The translations under genes were made by a program, and so were the position numbers. A stretch of 64,000 nt of DNA. It comes from an uncultured virus (IMG/VR IMGVR_UViG_3300048599_000797) (Duplodnaviria > Heunggongvirae > Uroviricota > Caudoviricetes). Each line of letters begins with the position of its first letter. Within the stretch, counting starts at the first letter, position 1. The stretch lies in the IMG/VR virus record IMGVR_UViG_3300048599_000797; one strand, written 5' to 3'. Shown one piece after another: positions 63,351-64,000 of the stretch. The notes below the pieces were generated by a model. The model saw only the letters and a program-made list of their open reading frames with translations, searched no databases and was not told the DNA's origin.

Positions 63351-64000
63351 TCACCTCTCTGCGTAGCTGGGTCCGTTGATGATCAACACCTCGGGGGCCT
63401 CCTTCAGTTGGCTCCCTCGCCCGTTTTGCACATGCAGGTTCTTCTGCCGTGTCTTCTCGACAAAGGTCCACCCTTGGTAGAGATCACGCACTCGCGGGCT
63501 GTCGTAGTAGCTGATTACGATCCGCGCCCGCTTGTACCCAGAGACGATATCCCGCAGGCGAACGTGATCGTCTCCAAACAGCTGATCATCGTGGCTAAAC
63601 TCATGCAGGTACTTGTGATCAGGCCCCTTGCCCTTGCGGTAACCGCTGCGCGTGTCCGCCAGGTATGGAGGGTCGAGATAGATGGCGGTTTTCGGCGAAT
63701 CCTCAAAGCGGTCGAGGATGGCGAACGCGTCTCGCTGGAGAATTACCACGTTTTGCAGCCGTACGTGCCAAGCAGGAAGCGACTCGACGGCGTTTCTCCA
63801 GCGGACCGTGGGAGACCCGCCGTTATTTGTCCATCGAACAGCCAGTTGATAGTCCACTCGCTTTGTCCCAGCGGTACCGTTGCGTCCCATCCATGAGGCG
63901 AGGAAACACCAGTACGCGCGGTTCAGTGGATCCACTTCGGATTGCAGCGCCTGGCGGGCATCATTGAGTATCCCCTCGCAGACCAAGGCACGCTGAAGAC
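63351..64000 (-). CDS. dam: DNA adenine methyltransferase (Dam/D12 class), 5'-truncated by window
   Basis: RLQNV.I...DA; IYLDPPY; ISYY; EVLIIN; frame open to window edge. Confidence 0.9.
   Translation of the reverse strand, partial: LQRALVCEGILNDARQALQSEVDPLNRAYWCFLASWMGRNGTAGTKRVDYQLAVRWTNNGGSPTVRWRNAVESLPAWHVRLQNVVILQRDAFAILDRFEDSPKTAIYLDPPYLADTRSGYRKGKGPDHKYLHEFSHDDQLFGDDHVRLRDIVSGYKRARIVISYYDSPRVRDLYQGWTFVEKTRQKNLHVQNGRGSQLKEAPEVLIINGPSYAER

Larger units (their letters stand above)
3624..64000. mobile_element. Large prophage (>60 kb, right end outside window)
   Basis: tRNA-fragment boundary; terminase, portal, protease, capsid and tail genes in order; dense coupled small ORFs. Confidence 0.92.

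Overview
GC-rich window. About 3.6 kb of host DNA (tatA, a SAM-methyltransferase fusion, a double PRC-barrel protein and several nested palindromic repeats; a planctomycete host is an inference from repeat style and gene types) is followed by a large prophage running from ~3624 to beyond 64000. The left boundary is the displaced 3' half of a tRNA-Val(CAC) plus its terminator (att site). No integrase is in the window. Most phage genes are on the minus strand, reading right to left: Dam methylase and small early genes, ASCH, RusA-like resolvase, a peptidase-rich putative lysis cassette, LamG and repeat-fibre proteins, TerS/TerL, a KTSC protein, an 1833-aa portal fusion, protease/scaffold, decoration protein, major capsid, adaptor, tail tube, a frameshifted chaperone, a short tape measure and tail-tip genes. 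Two things stand out. (1) A candidate virion O-glycosylation system: four mucin-like Ser/Thr-rich tail proteins, a Maf/DUF115-like transferase in the same gene run, three more glycosyltransferases, two SAM methyltransferases, a cupin and a UDP-glucose dehydrogenase. (2) A portal fused to large-polyvalent-protein cargo domains, with a recurring R/E-x-Y-[SQA] motif at domain junctions and in the scaffold, suggesting a protease-processed polyprotein. All functional calls come from motifs read by eye; no database searches were run.
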